Position numbers and translations under genes: made by a program. Positions 1 to 8,799 of a stretch of 64,000 nucleotides of DNA are shown in pieces. How positions within the stretch are numbered: position 1 is the stretch's first letter; each line of letters begins with the position of its first letter. Location: positions 1 to 64,000 of the IMG/VR virus record IMGVR_UViG_3300022752_000015; one strand, given 5' to 3'. Below the pieces are notes generated by a model. It did not search any database and was not told the origin of the DNA. It saw only the letters and a program-made list of their open reading frames with translations.

Positions 1-202
1 TGAAGATGGAACGTAGATCCTCATAACCAATCACAATGGAATTGGTTCCTCTACCACAGGAATCGGTAACACTGATGTTAAACTTGTTCCAGTGTGGGTT
101 GAAGGTGATACTGAACTGAGTTCCTTCGAGATCTTGGAATTCAGTACTGAGGTTCTGGAGTTTCTTTGGTACTGAGGTACCGAGTTTCTTCTTGGCCTTC
201 AT
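1..202 (-). CDS. hypothetical early protein, 3' end beyond window
   Basis: ATG at 202, 6 nt downstream of the conserved early promoter; open to the window edge. Confidence 0.55.
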   Translation of the reverse strand, partial: MKAKKKLGTSVPKKLQNLSTEFQDLEGTQFSITFNPHWNKFNISVTDSCGRGTNSIVIGYEDLRSIF

Positions 203-208
203 GTTTCC

Positions 209-238
209 ATCCTATCATCCTCGGGTGGAATTTTTCAC
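209..238 (-). promoter_or_regulatory. early promoter GTGAAA-N18-TAGGAT, leaderless ATG 6 nt downstream
   Basis: same hexamers and spacing recur upstream of many minus-strand genes. Confidence 0.75.
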
Positions 239-505
239 CGGATCAACATCACTCATGAAAAGGTAGAATTCCTTAACACCTTCGTAATCCCAAACACCAA
301 CTCGAATTCCAAAACGTTTAACCGCACCGATCCAGGAACCGTGAGGAGATCTGGAACTCTGTGGAGAATCATAGGTAAATCCTCCTGCGGAAATCCAGGA
401 ACCTCCTCTTTCCACTCCACGAAATCCTCTATTCTTACCGGATTTTATTGGTGGTTGAGAGGAAATATTTCCGTGTGGATCTCGGCCGAGAACCTCAAGG
501 TTCAC
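215..505 (-). CDS. hypothetical protein
   Basis: GTG start overlapping the stop of 502..1002 by 4 nt. Confidence 0.5.
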   Translation of the reverse strand: MNLEVLGRDPHGNISSQPPIKSGKNRGFRGVERGGSWISAGGFTYDSPQSSRSPHGSWIGAVKRFGIRVGVWDYEGVKEFYLFMSDVDPVKNSTRG

Positions 506-1002
506 CCTTCCAACTTCCTCATGTTCCATATCTTTTCCGGGTTGTATTCCAAGGAATATCGAATAGATCCACCTTCACTCTTCTCGGGGATCTGTGATTC
601 AATCTCTCCGATGAGTTGGGAATGATACTGAGGATCCATTTCGATTTCCCATGGAACACCTTCACCATCCTTCACCACAACCTTCACACCAACCTTTGGA
701 GGTGGTTCAGGAATATTTTCATCATCATCATCCGGTTCAACACCAACGAATTCGATGAATTTCTGGAAGTATTCCTGGATTAGATCCGAATCACGTTTAG
801 GATCAACCCCAAACCAACTTCCATCCCATTCATTACACCTCCACTTCCAAAAATCGATCGCTTCAGAGTTCGATAGTGTAACTCCGAATAACCGGTGAAC
901 TTCGGATTTGATGTGATCCACATCATCCTGTTCATAGTAGATCCCAGAATTTTGGAGCCTAACATTAAAGGTTTGAGTTACCAGTTCTTGGTTGATCTTC
1001 AT
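502..1002 (-). CDS. hypothetical acidic protein
   Basis: 166-aa ORF with SD; only one Ala. Confidence 0.75.
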   Translation of the reverse strand: MKINQELVTQTFNVRLQNSGIYYEQDDVDHIKSEVHRLFGVTLSNSEAIDFWKWRCNEWDGSWFGVDPKRDSDLIQEYFQKFIEFVGVEPDDDDENIPEPPPKVGVKVVVKDGEGVPWEIEMDPQYHSQLIGEIESQIPEKSEGGSIRYSLEYNPEKIWNMRKLEG

Positions 1003-1006
1003 TGTT

Positions 1007-1180
1007 TCACCCTTCCTCCTTCACCTTCTCCAGTTCCTTACGAACCACGGTGTGTATCCCCAGGATTATTTCATCCTGAACCTCATAACCATAAACAAGA
1101 TCGTTTGCCTCGTTGGGATTCAAAACAATAGTGATTCCCTCCAACATACCATTCTTATCGTAGCTTCTCCTGGCTTCCAT
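1007..1180 (-). CDS. hypothetical protein (57 aa, below ORF-track cutoff)
   Basis: fills the gap in frame; coupled to the upstream stop. Confidence 0.55.
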   Translation of the reverse strand: MEARRSYDKNGMLEGITIVLNPNEANDLVYGYEVQDEIILGIHTVVRKELEKVKEEG

Positions 1181-1545
1181 CACCCCTCCTTCTTCTCCCT
1201 CAATTCCTTCATGCTTTCCACCAGGATCTTCTGTAGGTTTTCCATCTCCTCCGGGCTCAAGGAATCCAACTTTTCCATGATGGAATACTTCATTTTTCGG
1301 ATTAGAAGAGGATCCGTGATTGGAAAGGATTTGGTTCCTCTCTCCTCTCTTCCCTTCACATCCATGTAAAGGTTAGAATCACCACCGAATTCCTTGCAAG
1401 GATTAGGAATATCCACCTCACTCCACCCATTCTCACAACGGTTACACCCATAAACATGTGTGCTTGAAACCCCATCATCATTCATGAATGAGGTGTGTTG
1501 AATTGTTCCGGAATCACACTTTCCACACTTATCATTACCGCTCAT
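1180..1545 (-). CDS. zinc-ribbon protein
   Basis: CGKC...CNRC pairs at the N-terminus; start chosen at MSGNDK. Confidence 0.6.
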   Translation of the reverse strand: MSGNDKCGKCDSGTIQHTSFMNDDGVSSTHVYGCNRCENGWSEVDIPNPCKEFGGDSNLYMDVKGREERGTKSFPITDPLLIRKMKYSIMEKLDSLSPEEMENLQKILVESMKELREKKEG

Positions 1546-1729
1546 TGTTCTTCTCCAACTCCACCATGTTTCCATTGATATACACGAAACGATTGAAACT
1601 CAAATCGTTTGGATTATGGAAAACCTCCTTGGTGTAGGTAACGTTCCATTGTTCTCCGCTCGGATCATATTTCTTCATGATGTGGAGGAACTTCGCAACC
1701 GTTTCGAATTCTTCTTTGCTGATCTTCAT
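1535..1729 (-). CDS. hypothetical protein
   Basis: GGAG SD before MKISKEEF. Confidence 0.55.
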   Translation of the reverse strand: MKISKEEFETVAKFLHIMKKYDPSGEQWNVTYTKEVFHNPNDLSFNRFVYINGNMVELEKNNER

Positions 1730-1739
1730 GGCTTCTCCT

Positions 1740-1943
1740 TCACAGGGGTGTTGCATAACCAACGATCTTGTGGTGGATTTCCGAGAGGAGAATCTTGTAC
1801 CCCTCAACCTGGCTCCTCAGATTTCCAATGCAAACCTGATGATCCGGATGGAAATGTTTTCCATTGAACTCAATGAACTCGGAATCGTTTGTGATGTTAA
1901 CCTTACAGTGAGAACAGTTTCGTACAGGGTTTTTCTTCTTCAC
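1740..1943 (-). CDS. small putative Zn-binding protein
   Basis: CSHC...HxxH..C pattern; directly downstream of an early promoter, with AGGAG SD. Confidence 0.6.
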   Translation of the reverse strand: MKKKNPVRNCSHCKVNITNDSEFIEFNGKHFHPDHQVCIGNLRSQVEGYKILLSEIHHKIVGYATPL

Positions 1944-1960
1944 TTTTCTTCTCCTTGATC

Positions 1961-1990
1961 AAGGTACCACATGAGGTGGAGGAATTTCAC
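1961..1990 (-). promoter_or_regulatory. early promoter GTGAAA-N18-TACCTT
   Basis: consensus match with extended -10 TG. Confidence 0.65.
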
Positions 1991-2313
1991 TCATCACCTT
2001 TCATTCTTTTTTCCACCATATCCAGGTAGAATGGAAGGGCACCTTGAGGAGGAGGTTCCACGGTGAATAAATTCCTTGCAACCTGATTGTAGTTAATCCT
2101 ACCTCCGGGCCTCCCCAATGTATCGAGGAAGGGATTGTAAAAATCACCCCATAAAACCTCCACCTGATTATCGGAGGTTTTTCTCACAATGGTTCCGGTG
2201 GAACTGGAGTAAAGGAACTTCACCATATCTCCAATTTTCCAATCAACCTCATCGAGTAGTTTTCCATCGAGGGTGAGGAGGGAGGAGATGAATACCGTGT
2301 TTATTTCACTCAT
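1987..2313 (-). CDS. KOW/SH3-like protein
   Basis: IGDMVKF...GTIV...VEVLW. Confidence 0.65.
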   Translation of the reverse strand: MSEINTVFISSLLTLDGKLLDEVDWKIGDMVKFLYSSSTGTIVRKTSDNQVEVLWGDFYNPFLDTLGRPGGRINYNQVARNLFTVEPPPQGALPFYLDMVEKRMKGDE

Positions 2314-2503
2314 GATATTTTTGAATATCCTCGGGGAGGATGATCTGATCGGGGCGGAAGAACAACTGTTTTCCACACGATAAAACGGTTAGGTAGGAAA
2401 CGATCCCATAGGGGTTTCTATTCACCTCCAGGATTATCCCCGCCCGGGGAGGTTCACCGAAGAATTTGGTGAAGATTAAATCTCCAATACTACTTTGATT
2501 CAC
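2306..2503 (-). CDS. KOW/SH3-like mini-protein
   Basis: IGDLIF...GIILEV...YLTVL. Confidence 0.7.
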   Translation of the reverse strand: MNQSSIGDLIFTKFFGEPPRAGIILEVNRNPYGIVSYLTVLSCGKQLFFRPDQIILPEDIQKYHE

Positions 2504-2714
2504 TTAGTATCTCCACGTTCCACCGATCCGCGATGAGATGGTGGTAGTTGATACCATCCTCACACAACAAGGTTACATTCAAACCATGGTTTCCATTGAA
2601 ACCTTCCACCGGAGGAACCTCTTCACATTCCAACAACAAACCGGTTATGGTACCGTTTTTCAGTGGAAAATCCTGGTATTTCCAGGTGAAACGAATCAGA
2701 TCACCCCGTTTCAC
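2490..2714 (-). CDS. KOW/SH3-like mini-protein
   Basis: MKRGDLIRF...GLLLE...VEIL. Confidence 0.7.
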   Translation of the reverse strand: MKRGDLIRFTWKYQDFPLKNGTITGLLLECEEVPPVEGFNGNHGLNVTLLCEDGINYHHLIADRWNVEILSESK

Positions 2715-2904
2715 TTAGTATCTCCACCGAACCTGGTGATACATAGTAACTCTTTCCCTCCTCGGGGATGATTACTTTAAGGTAACACATCTTACCGGAA
2801 ATCAATTCCTCATCCCGATATTCCTCAATGATTCCAACCGCTCCGCGGGGAGGAAGAAAACCAGGTAACTTACCTGTGAAAAGAACCAGATCACCGGGTT
2901 TCAT
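2701..2904 (-). CDS. KOW/SH3-like mini-protein
   Basis: MKPGDLVLF...GIIEE...YLKVI...VEIL. Confidence 0.75.
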   Translation of the reverse strand: MKPGDLVLFTGKLPGFLPPRGAVGIIEEYRDEELISGKMCYLKVIIPEEGKSYYVSPGSVEILSETG

Positions 2905-2911
2905 TGTGGGG

Positions 2912-3097
2912 TTATACCTTCACCAGTTCGTAGTTGTAGAACCAGGTTAACCTCTCACGGAATAGAACCCGATAACGATGTGATCCACCGTGATGTTCCT
3001 GTGAATCTGGATGAACCACTATTCCAAAACCAAGGATCTCGGATGGATTATCCCAATCCTCAACCTTCACAATATCTCCATTCTCAAGGTTGCTCAC
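2912..3097 (-). CDS. KOW/SH3-like mini-protein
   Basis: NGDIVKV...GIVV...YRVLF...ELVKV. Confidence 0.75.
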   Translation of the reverse strand: MSNLENGDIVKVEDWDNPSEILGFGIVVHPDSQEHHGGSHRYRVLFRERLTWFYNYELVKV

Positions 3098-3309
3098 CTT
3101 ATCACCTTAACCCTTTCATACCTCACCCACCCGATGGATTCACCGGTGATTATTTTGATGTATGGAACATCGATGTTGGAATAACATGAATCTATAATGA
3201 TTCCAATGTGATCCTGTGGAAAGGTTGAGGTATACGTACCTAATGGGTTAACTGAATCAAAGATGTGTAGGTTTCCAACGGTAGGTTGAACAAGGTTTCC
3301 AGGGTTCAC
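3094..3309 (-). CDS. KOW/SH3-like mini-protein
   Basis: MNPGNLV...GIII...IGWV. Confidence 0.75.
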   Translation of the reverse strand: MNPGNLVQPTVGNLHIFDSVNPLGTYTSTFPQDHIGIIIDSCYSNIDVPYIKIITGESIGWVRYERVKVIR

Positions 3310-3512
3310 TTCACCACCTCGATCTCATATTTCTCACCGATTCGATTGATTGGAATGTAGAAAATCTTCCCAGTTCCATTCTCAAGAACATCATAGAAAT
3401 CGGTGTTGTGTTGATGTGATTCACCTATAACAACACCACCGTTTCTCAACTCATCCCGGTGGGATTTGGAGGTGATAAAGATTCGTATCATATCTCCTGG
3501 AAACAATCTCAA
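3306..3512 (-). CDS. KOW/SH3-like mini-protein
   Basis: PGDMIRI...GVVI...YDVL...IEVV. Confidence 0.75.
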   Translation of the reverse strand: MRLFPGDMIRIFITSKSHRDELRNGGVVIGESHQHNTDFYDVLENGTGKIFYIPINRIGEKYEIEVVK

Positions 3513-3718
3513 GAGATCCTCTCGGTGAAGTTGTTCTCCATGAATTCCATCAACTCATTTCCCCATAGAACCTTATAGTAATCCCCAAATTCATCCCCGT
3601 TTCTATGAACACCAACCACCAAACCAGGCCCGGTGATCCTGAATTTTTCCTTATGGTTTCCAACCCAGGTATGAATTAGATCGGTACACATCCATAACTC
3701 ACCTGTGTTTGGTTTCAT
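3509..3718 (-). CDS. KOW/SH3-like mini-protein
   Basis: TGELW...GLVV...YKVLW. Confidence 0.7.
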   Translation of the reverse strand: MKPNTGELWMCTDLIHTWVGNHKEKFRITGPGLVVGVHRNGDEFGDYYKVLWGNELMEFMENNFTERIS

Positions 3719-3939
3719 GCCACCAACTCCAGTTTACCTCTTCCAATCCAACCGATTCCATGTGAGGTTAGAATCCTACACATCCCCCGGAAAAGAACCC
3801 CATTTTGGGTGGTTTGTAGAAGTATTCCAATCTCTCCAGGGGGTACAACCGGGCCATGGGAATCATGTGGAACATCGATATCCGGAACCAGTTGAAAATT
3901 GTTGAAAGAGTTAACTCGGATTAGATCACCTGGAATCAT
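3715..3939 (-). CDS. KOW/SH3-like mini-protein
   Basis: MIPGDLIRV...GILL...GIGWI...LELV. Confidence 0.75.
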   Translation of the reverse strand: MIPGDLIRVNSFNNFQLVPDIDVPHDSHGPVVPPGEIGILLQTTQNGVLFRGMCRILTSHGIGWIGRGKLELVA

Positions 3940-4184
3940 TGATGATCTTCCTTATCTAACCAAGAATCATAAACCCAACCCTTACCGTAACCAGGAAAAA
4001 GAATCAAGTGCATTTTTCCAACCGTTTCCAAAAATATCCCGCTGGAGTTGGTTGGAATCTCAAAACAATCGCTCATCTTATATGAGCGATATGGTGTGTT
4101 ACTCCGGTTCTCGTGAAAAACCCTGAGGAATTCCTTGGCCCAGGAGCATCTATGATGAACCACAAATATATCACCACGAATCAT
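3936..4184 (-). CDS. KOW/SH3-like mini-protein
   Basis: MIRGDIFVV...GIFL...GWV. Confidence 0.7.
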   Translation of the reverse strand: MIRGDIFVVHHRCSWAKEFLRVFHENRSNTPYRSYKMSDCFEIPTNSSGIFLETVGKMHLILFPGYGKGWVYDSWLDKEDHQ

Positions 4185-4380
4185 TGATTCTCTCCACCGC
4201 CCAACGGTTACTCCACAACCAAACCAACCCATTCGGGCCTAAAACATTGTATTCGGAGGGGCTCCATTCCAACCTTCTCCTTCCAATGAACAACCCAAAA
4301 AACGGTGGGGAATTCACTTCAGGGTTGTTGTGAAGTTTGAAAGGTTCACATATAACAGGATCTCCAACACACAACACCAT
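4171..4380 (-). CDS. KOW/SH3-like mini-protein
   Basis: VGDPV...GLFI...YNVL. Confidence 0.65.
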   Translation of the reverse strand: MVLCVGDPVICEPFKLHNNPEVNSPPFFGLFIGRRRLEWSPSEYNVLGPNGLVWLWSNRWAVERINDSW

Positions 4381-4391
4381 GGTTAAACTCC

Positions 4392-4421
4392 AATGTAAAC
4401 CATCCCATCCCGGTTTTACAC
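4392..4421 (-). promoter_or_regulatory. early promoter variant GTGTAA-N18-TACATT
   Basis: near-consensus with correct spacing, upstream of 4171..4380. Confidence 0.5.
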
Positions 4422-4679
4422 CGTGTGGAGTTCCAAATGGTTCTCACTCACCCACCCGAAAACCTCACCACCGAAAAACAGAACCTTACACTGATCCTCT
4501 TTGATTTCAATCACAACACCAATCGATCCGCTTGAAATTTTACCTATGAAACTCCGAGGAACTATGGATTCTCCAACCCAACGGATCTTCTCCGGGAAAT
4601 CGTAAATTCGGTGTAGATTTGTTGGGTGATTTTTAAGAGTTAAAATCCTTACAGAATCACCGGGTTTAAACCTGTTCAC
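4416..4679 (-). CDS. KOW/SH3-like mini-protein
   Basis: KPGDSVRI...GVVIEI...CKVLF...GWV..NHLEL; zero Ala. Confidence 0.75.
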   Translation of the reverse strand: MNRFKPGDSVRILTLKNHPTNLHRIYDFPEKIRWVGESIVPRSFIGKISSGSIGVVIEIKEDQCKVLFFGGEVFGWVSENHLELHTV

Positions 4680-4857
4680 CTGGAATCACCTCACACTTCC
4701 TCTCCACCCAATCCAATCCCCACCCACGGATCTCCTGTGTTCTTGGGTTAAGAACATGAACCAGGTTGATCTCCTTGTTTATCTCCAACACGAGGCAAAC
4801 ATCACCATCGAAATAATCCTCGATTACCACCATATCCCCGATCCGAAGTTTTCTCAC
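4666..4857 (-). CDS. KOW/SH3-like mini-protein
   Basis: RIGDMVVI...LVLEI...VHVL. Confidence 0.75.
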   Translation of the reverse strand: MRKLRIGDMVVIEDYFDGDVCLVLEINKEINLVHVLNPRTQEIRGWGLDWVERKCEVIPGEQV

Positions 4858-5060
4858 CCCAACACCTCAACCTCATCCTCCGGAACCAGGAGAATATCCT
4901 GAATTTCTCCATTGGTTTCCAACATCCGAATATTGAAAGATTTTTTATGGGTATCTCTGATTGGTGCCACGGGGCGAAAATGAAGTAGAACACCGGTGAT
5001 GGTGGGGAACTTCCACTTCTTGTGGAACCGAGTGATTCGAAGAAGATTTCCTATGTTCAT
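4854..5060 (-). CDS. KOW/SH3-like mini-protein
   Basis: MNIGNLLRI...GVLL...VEVL. Confidence 0.7.
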   Translation of the reverse strand: MNIGNLLRITRFHKKWKFPTITGVLLHFRPVAPIRDTHKKSFNIRMLETNGEIQDILLVPEDEVEVLG

Positions 5061-5314
5061 CTCACCAACTCCAGGATTTTCCTATCCGCCCAACCTACTC
5101 CACCGGGGGTTAACAACTTGATGTAGAAGAAATCCTTGTTCTCTGGAAACTCCGCGGTGAGTAGAACCAAACCTACATCCTTCCCATAGAAGAGTGTTTT
5201 CGTGGTGATTAGATAACCTCTATCATCCCAACAACGGGTTTCTCCTCCGTAAAGTTCAGCGGGATGGGGATCCCATGAATCCATTCGAAGTTTTACAATT
5301 GAACCTATGTTCAT
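5057..5314 (-). CDS. KOW/SH3-like mini-protein
   Basis: MNIGSIVKL...GLVLL...GGVGW...LELV. Confidence 0.75.
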   Translation of the reverse strand: MNIGSIVKLRMDSWDPHPAELYGGETRCWDDRGYLITTKTLFYGKDVGLVLLTAEFPENKDFFYIKLLTPGGVGWADRKILELVR

Positions 5315-5580
5315 CCCACCAACTCCAGATCACATCTTTTAATCCAACCTATCCCACCGGGGCACAATACCTTCACCCAAAAACTGGTGGGTAGAGAATC
5401 ATAAACATCATTGAGAATGTATCTTTGTTCCAGAATCACTCCCACCTCGGTGTAACGGAACCTCCCGGTGTGGTTCTTCCTGTAGATTGAAGTGAAATCA
5501 GGTGGATCATCCCAGAGGATTTTGTGATCCTCGTTACCTTCCATCTCGGGAATTAAACGAACTTGTGATCCGGGTTTCAC
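5311..5580 (-). CDS. KOW/SH3-like mini-protein
   Basis: GTG start (MKPGSQVRL)...GVILE...GGIGW...LELV. Confidence 0.75.
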   Translation of the reverse strand: MKPGSQVRLIPEMEGNEDHKILWDDPPDFTSIYRKNHTGRFRYTEVGVILEQRYILNDVYDSLPTSFWVKVLCPGGIGWIKRCDLELVG

Positions 5581-5828
5581 CTTTGAAACTCCTTCACCCA
5601 ACTCTGATGTGCCCAACCAACACCACGAGGGGTTAATAACTTCACATACTGGAGGTACCTATTCGTAATGATTCGAGTTTCAAGAACCAATCCTAGATCC
5701 GAAAAACCGAATGGAATATCGGTGGGGATGAGGTTATTGGTGATTGGATCCATTAGATCCGAATGGTATAACCAATGGGTGGTACCGGTATCTCCACCGT
5801 TCACACCAACAACATCACCGGGTTTCAC
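5577..5828 (-). CDS. KOW/SH3-like mini-protein
   Basis: GTG start (MKPGDVV)...GLVLE...GVGW. Confidence 0.75.
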   Translation of the reverse strand: MKPGDVVGVNGGDTGTTHWLYHSDLMDPITNNLIPTDIPFGFSDLGLVLETRIITNRYLQYVKLLTPRGVGWAHQSWVKEFQR

Positions 5829-6016
5829 TGGAACTTCTCCAACCATCTAACCGGAAACATTCTTATCCTATCACCCAATCCCTTTACATATTCACCGGGA
5901 AGATTGGGGGTGGTGTACCTCTCACCGAGGATAACCACCAACATTCCATGGAGATAATCATCCCGTGGATGGGCACCCGGTGGAACTGAAACTCGATATA
6001 GATCCCCTTTTCTCAT
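5825..6016 (-). CDS. KOW/SH3-like mini-protein
   Basis: MRKGDLYRV...GMLVVIL...WLEKF. Confidence 0.7.
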   Translation of the reverse strand: MRKGDLYRVSVPPGAHPRDDYLHGMLVVILGERYTTPNLPGEYVKGLGDRIRMFPVRWLEKFQ

Positions 6017-6216
6017 ACGATCTTCCTGATGGTATCACTGGGATGATGAACCAGTTTATCACCTCTTAGAACCACCCACCAATCAGCGGAACCGTTTTCA
6101 CCTGAACTCCTGTATCCATCATCCCAAAGTGATTCACGGATGATTATCCCGGTTGAGTGCGGATCATCCTCATCAAGAAACTCCGGAAGGATTTCAACAA
6201 CATCTCCGGGTTTCAT
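6013..6216 (-). CDS. KOW/SH3-like mini-protein
   Basis: MKPGDVVEI...GIII...WVVL. Confidence 0.75.
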   Translation of the reverse strand: MKPGDVVEILPEFLDEDDPHSTGIIIRESLWDDGYRSSGENGSADWWVVLRGDKLVHHPSDTIRKIV

Positions 6217-6416
6217 GGTGCCTCCGAGAGGAGTGTTAGGTTTTCCCATATGAAAGGAATGAAATCTTCGTTCCAGAAAACGATACAATCACACTCACCT
6301 GCAACCTGATCTCCCCATTCATCCAGTGGAACCTTATCACTCCAGAATATCCCCACGCGGGGTTCATGTGGTTCCAGAAAATCCGCGGAGATTAAAACCA
6401 GATCTCCGGGTTTCAC
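6213..6416 (-). CDS. KOW/SH3-like mini-protein
   Basis: MKPGDLVLI...GIF...CIVFW. Confidence 0.75.
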   Translation of the reverse strand: MKPGDLVLISADFLEPHEPRVGIFWSDKVPLDEWGDQVAGECDCIVFWNEDFIPFIWENLTLLSEAP

Positions 6417-6598
6417 TGGAGATTCCTAAAGATATTTCTGAATCCATTCATCTCCCACCTCACGGTGGAGTTTCCGAGTAGAACCTCAACCATGTTCCAG
6501 GAAACACGGAGAACCACACCGATCTCAGGGGTGTAACGGTGGATAACCAGGGATCCAGGTACCACCTGGTTCACACTGAGGATATCATCGTTTCTCAC
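6413..6598 (-). CDS. KOW/SH3-like mini-protein
   Basis: PGSLV...GVVL...VEVL. Confidence 0.7.
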   Translation of the reverse strand: MRNDDILSVNQVVPGSLVIHRYTPEIGVVLRVSWNMVEVLLGNSTVRWEMNGFRNIFRNLQ

Positions 6599-6801
6599 CG
6601 GATCACCTCTATGTAGTATGATTCCACTGGGTAACGGGTTATCCTCCCATCGGGATCGATAACCTTTATTTTTTCGTTTTCACCACCGATCTCAAAGTTT
6701 TCGTGTTCCAGGTAGATCCCAAACTTCCAACCGGTTTCACGGTAAACCGGATCCAATAGATCGATTCGGTGGATGATTTTGAGAAGAGAACCGGGTTTCA
6801 T
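6595..6801 (-). CDS. KOW/SH3-like mini-protein
   Basis: MKPGSLLKI...GIYL...IKVI...IEVI. Confidence 0.75.
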   Translation of the reverse strand: MKPGSLLKIIHRIDLLDPVYRETGWKFGIYLEHENFEIGGENEKIKVIDPDGRITRYPVESYYIEVIR

Positions 6802-7007
6802 TTTGGAAGTGTTCCGATGGGTGGTGTGGTTGAGATGTTGTGTTCCTGATATTCCAGTTTCTCACCGGTGAGTGGATTGAGAACCACATACCATGGTGTG
6901 GAGGAGTAGGTAGGTTGGAAAATATCGGAGATGATTACCGGTGTGTGGGGGTGAATGTATAGGGAACCGATGATAAAAACCAGATCTCCGAGTTGAATAT
7001 CCTTCAT
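6798..7007 (-). CDS. KOW/SH3-like mini-protein
   Basis: LGDLVFI...VII...YVVL. Confidence 0.7.
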   Translation of the reverse strand: MKDIQLGDLVFIIGSLYIHPHTPVIISDIFQPTYSSTPWYVVLNPLTGEKLEYQEHNISTTPPIGTLPK

Positions 7008-7219
7008 TCCACCACCTTCACGTTTCCTACATAACACCAACCAATATTTTCTCCACTGATAACCTTAACATCGGAGCGATAAACATCAACAACCAAACCG
7101 ATTCCGGTTAGAAGCCCGTGGTATTTCCTGGTTCCAGGAGGAACCGATCCGAGTGGGGATGAGAATAACTTGGAGGAACTTCCTGGGGAATTGTTGGTTA
7201 CAATATCACCGGGCCTCAT
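7004..7219 (-). CDS. KOW/SH3-like mini-protein, close paralog of 10234..10467
   Basis: MRPGDIV; shared SKLFSSP and N(I/V)GWC motifs. Confidence 0.75.
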   Translation of the reverse strand: MRPGDIVTNNSPGSSSKLFSSPLGSVPPGTRKYHGLLTGIGLVVDVYRSDVKVISGENIGWCYVGNVKVVE

Positions 7220-7397
7220 TGATGATTTTCCAGTTGGGTGTTACCATTTCGGTTTGAACCTCACCGTTGTGAAGAATGGTACACCAGTGTTCGTGGTTGA
7301 AGATGATTGGAGTTTCCAGTACCATTCCGATGTAGGTGTGCCATGAACAGGTTCCGGAACCCCACTTTTTAAATTCCACAAGATCACCTACATTCAT
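7206..7397 (-). CDS. KOW/SH3-like mini-protein
   Basis: MNVGDLVEF...GMVLE. Confidence 0.75.
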   Translation of the reverse strand: MNVGDLVEFKKWGSGTCSWHTYIGMVLETPIIFNHEHWCTILHNGEVQTEMVTPNWKIINEAR

Positions 7398-7602
7398 TCC
7401 AGATCTCCTCCAGGTAGTTCCAGTTTACCCATCCGATCTTCCCGTTGTAGAGAACCTTGATCCAGGTACCATTCGGAGGTGAAACGATCAAGAGGGATGA
7501 TCCGATTGGAATTCCATCATCCGGTAGGTGTTTGTGAACCTTATTCACCGTGGAATAGAAGTTGGTGAAACAAAGGTTTTTGGCAAGTGAACCGGGAAGC
7601 AT
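7384..7602 (-). CDS. KOW/SH3-like mini-protein, leaderless
   Basis: MLPGSL...IKVL...IGWV...LEEI. Confidence 0.75.
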   Translation of the reverse strand: MLPGSLAKNLCFTNFYSTVNKVHKHLPDDGIPIGSSLLIVSPPNGTWIKVLYNGKIGWVNWNYLEEIWNECR

Positions 7603-7608
7603 GTTTCA

Positions 7609-7638
7609 AGTATATCATCCCACGGTGGGGAATTTCAC
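7609..7638 (-). promoter_or_regulatory. early promoter GTGAAA-N18-TATACT, leaderless ATG 6 nt downstream
   Basis: consensus match. Confidence 0.8.
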
Positions 7639-7640
7639 TG

Positions 7641-7814
7641 TTACCCCACCAGGTGTTTTTCGTTTTTGAATTGAGTGAGAACCTCCCATAGGAGTTGTGG
7701 AAGGGAATCCTGGATGTGAAGGTATGATGAGTAGGAACAACACCACACCGGGCCGGGAGAAATAACTCCAGGTTTCTCTTTCCAGATTTTTACCGAACGT
7801 AGGAACTTAAACAT
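7641..7814 (-). CDS. hypothetical protein (57 aa)
   Basis: fills the intergenic gap on the coding strand. Confidence 0.35.
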   Translation of the reverse strand: MFKFLRSVKIWKEKPGVISPGPVWCCSYSSYLHIQDSLPQLLWEVLTQFKNEKHLVG

Positions 7815-7815
7815 T

Positions 7816-8181
7816 TTAAGTGAAATCCCCCACGATTAAATCCCAGCTTCCGGATCCATGCCCAACACAGTGATCCCCAACACTTCTGTGTAGTTCCATT
7901 CCTTCCGGGCACCACCGCCCTGGGCCACGTGTGGTGATGATTTTGATCATATCCTCGGGGAGAACCTCTTCATCATATTCATTTAGGATCTTTGTGTTGG
8001 GTTTACCCCATTCGGTGATCCAATCCTCCAGGGAATTGATGCCCCTCTCGGGGATGATGTGCAGGGAGAAACACCAACCGTAGGAGGATTTTCCGATGTG
8101 AAGAACCTCCTCATCGGGATCGTGTTTACAGGTTACACATTTCGAAGGTGATTCTTTGTGTAGGTAGTAGTTTGTTCCCAT
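7816..8181 (-). CDS. conserved phage hypothetical protein
   Basis: MGTNYY...LHIGKSSYGWCFSLH motif; AGGA SD. Confidence 0.7.
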   Translation of the reverse strand: MGTNYYLHKESPSKCVTCKHDPDEEVLHIGKSSYGWCFSLHIIPERGINSLEDWITEWGKPNTKILNEYDEEVLPEDMIKIITTRGPGRWCPEGMELHRSVGDHCVGHGSGSWDLIVGDFT

Positions 8182-8182
8182 C

Positions 8183-8425
8183 TCACTTTCCTCCTAAAAT
8201 CTCTTCCACTCGAAGTTCAGATTCACCACTTCTTTCCATTGCTCTCCATGGTAATGATCCACGTTCCTCCCGGTGAAGTTGATCCACCGAATCGATCTTA
8301 TCAACCTTATACACCGATGAACCTCTAATCTCCTCGGATAGGTTCCGGAAACCGATACTCTCAGCCTCGTGTGGATCAACACAATCCACAAGGATATCTG
8401 TGTGAAATGTTACTCGGTACAACAT
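8183..8425 (-). CDS. hypothetical protein, paralog of 12332..12619
   Basis: YRVxFxTD...EAExIGF...ERGSLPWR shared. Confidence 0.75.
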   Translation of the reverse strand: MLYRVTFHTDILVDCVDPHEAESIGFRNLSEEIRGSSVYKVDKIDSVDQLHREERGSLPWRAMERSGESELRVEEILGGK

Positions 8426-8431
8426 GATTCA

Positions 8432-8461
8432 ATCTTATCCTCCACCGGTTGGGTTTTTCAC
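8432..8461 (-). promoter_or_regulatory. early promoter GTGAAA-N18-TAAGAT, leaderless ATG 6 nt downstream
   Basis: consensus match. Confidence 0.8.
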
Positions 8462-8616
8462 CGGAGGTTAATCAAAAAATCCACTTCGAATGGTACGTAA
8501 ACATATTCCAACCTGCCGGGCCCTGATACCCATGAGGTTCCAGTTGGGGAAGGAGGTGAGGAACCCGGTGGAACTTCTCAACAACAAACGAAATCCACTT
8601 CGAATTCGAGGGAGGT

Positions 8617-8799
8617 TCACTTCTCATCCTCCTCCACTTCATAGTAACCTACCACATCACAGATCCTCTTGATGAAATCCTGGGAGTTTAGGATGATCCG
8701 ATCCGATTGGTAGATAACCTCGGAACAACTGATACCATTCTCACGGATGAAATCCATGCAAACCTGAAGTAGTTCATCCCTCATTCCTGATTTCTTCAT
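8617..8799 (-). CDS. hypothetical protein
   Basis: coupled to 8796..9311 by a 4-nt overlap. Confidence 0.65.
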   Translation of the reverse strand: MKKSGMRDELLQVCMDFIRENGISCSEVIYQSDRIILNSQDFIKRICDVVGYYEVEEDEK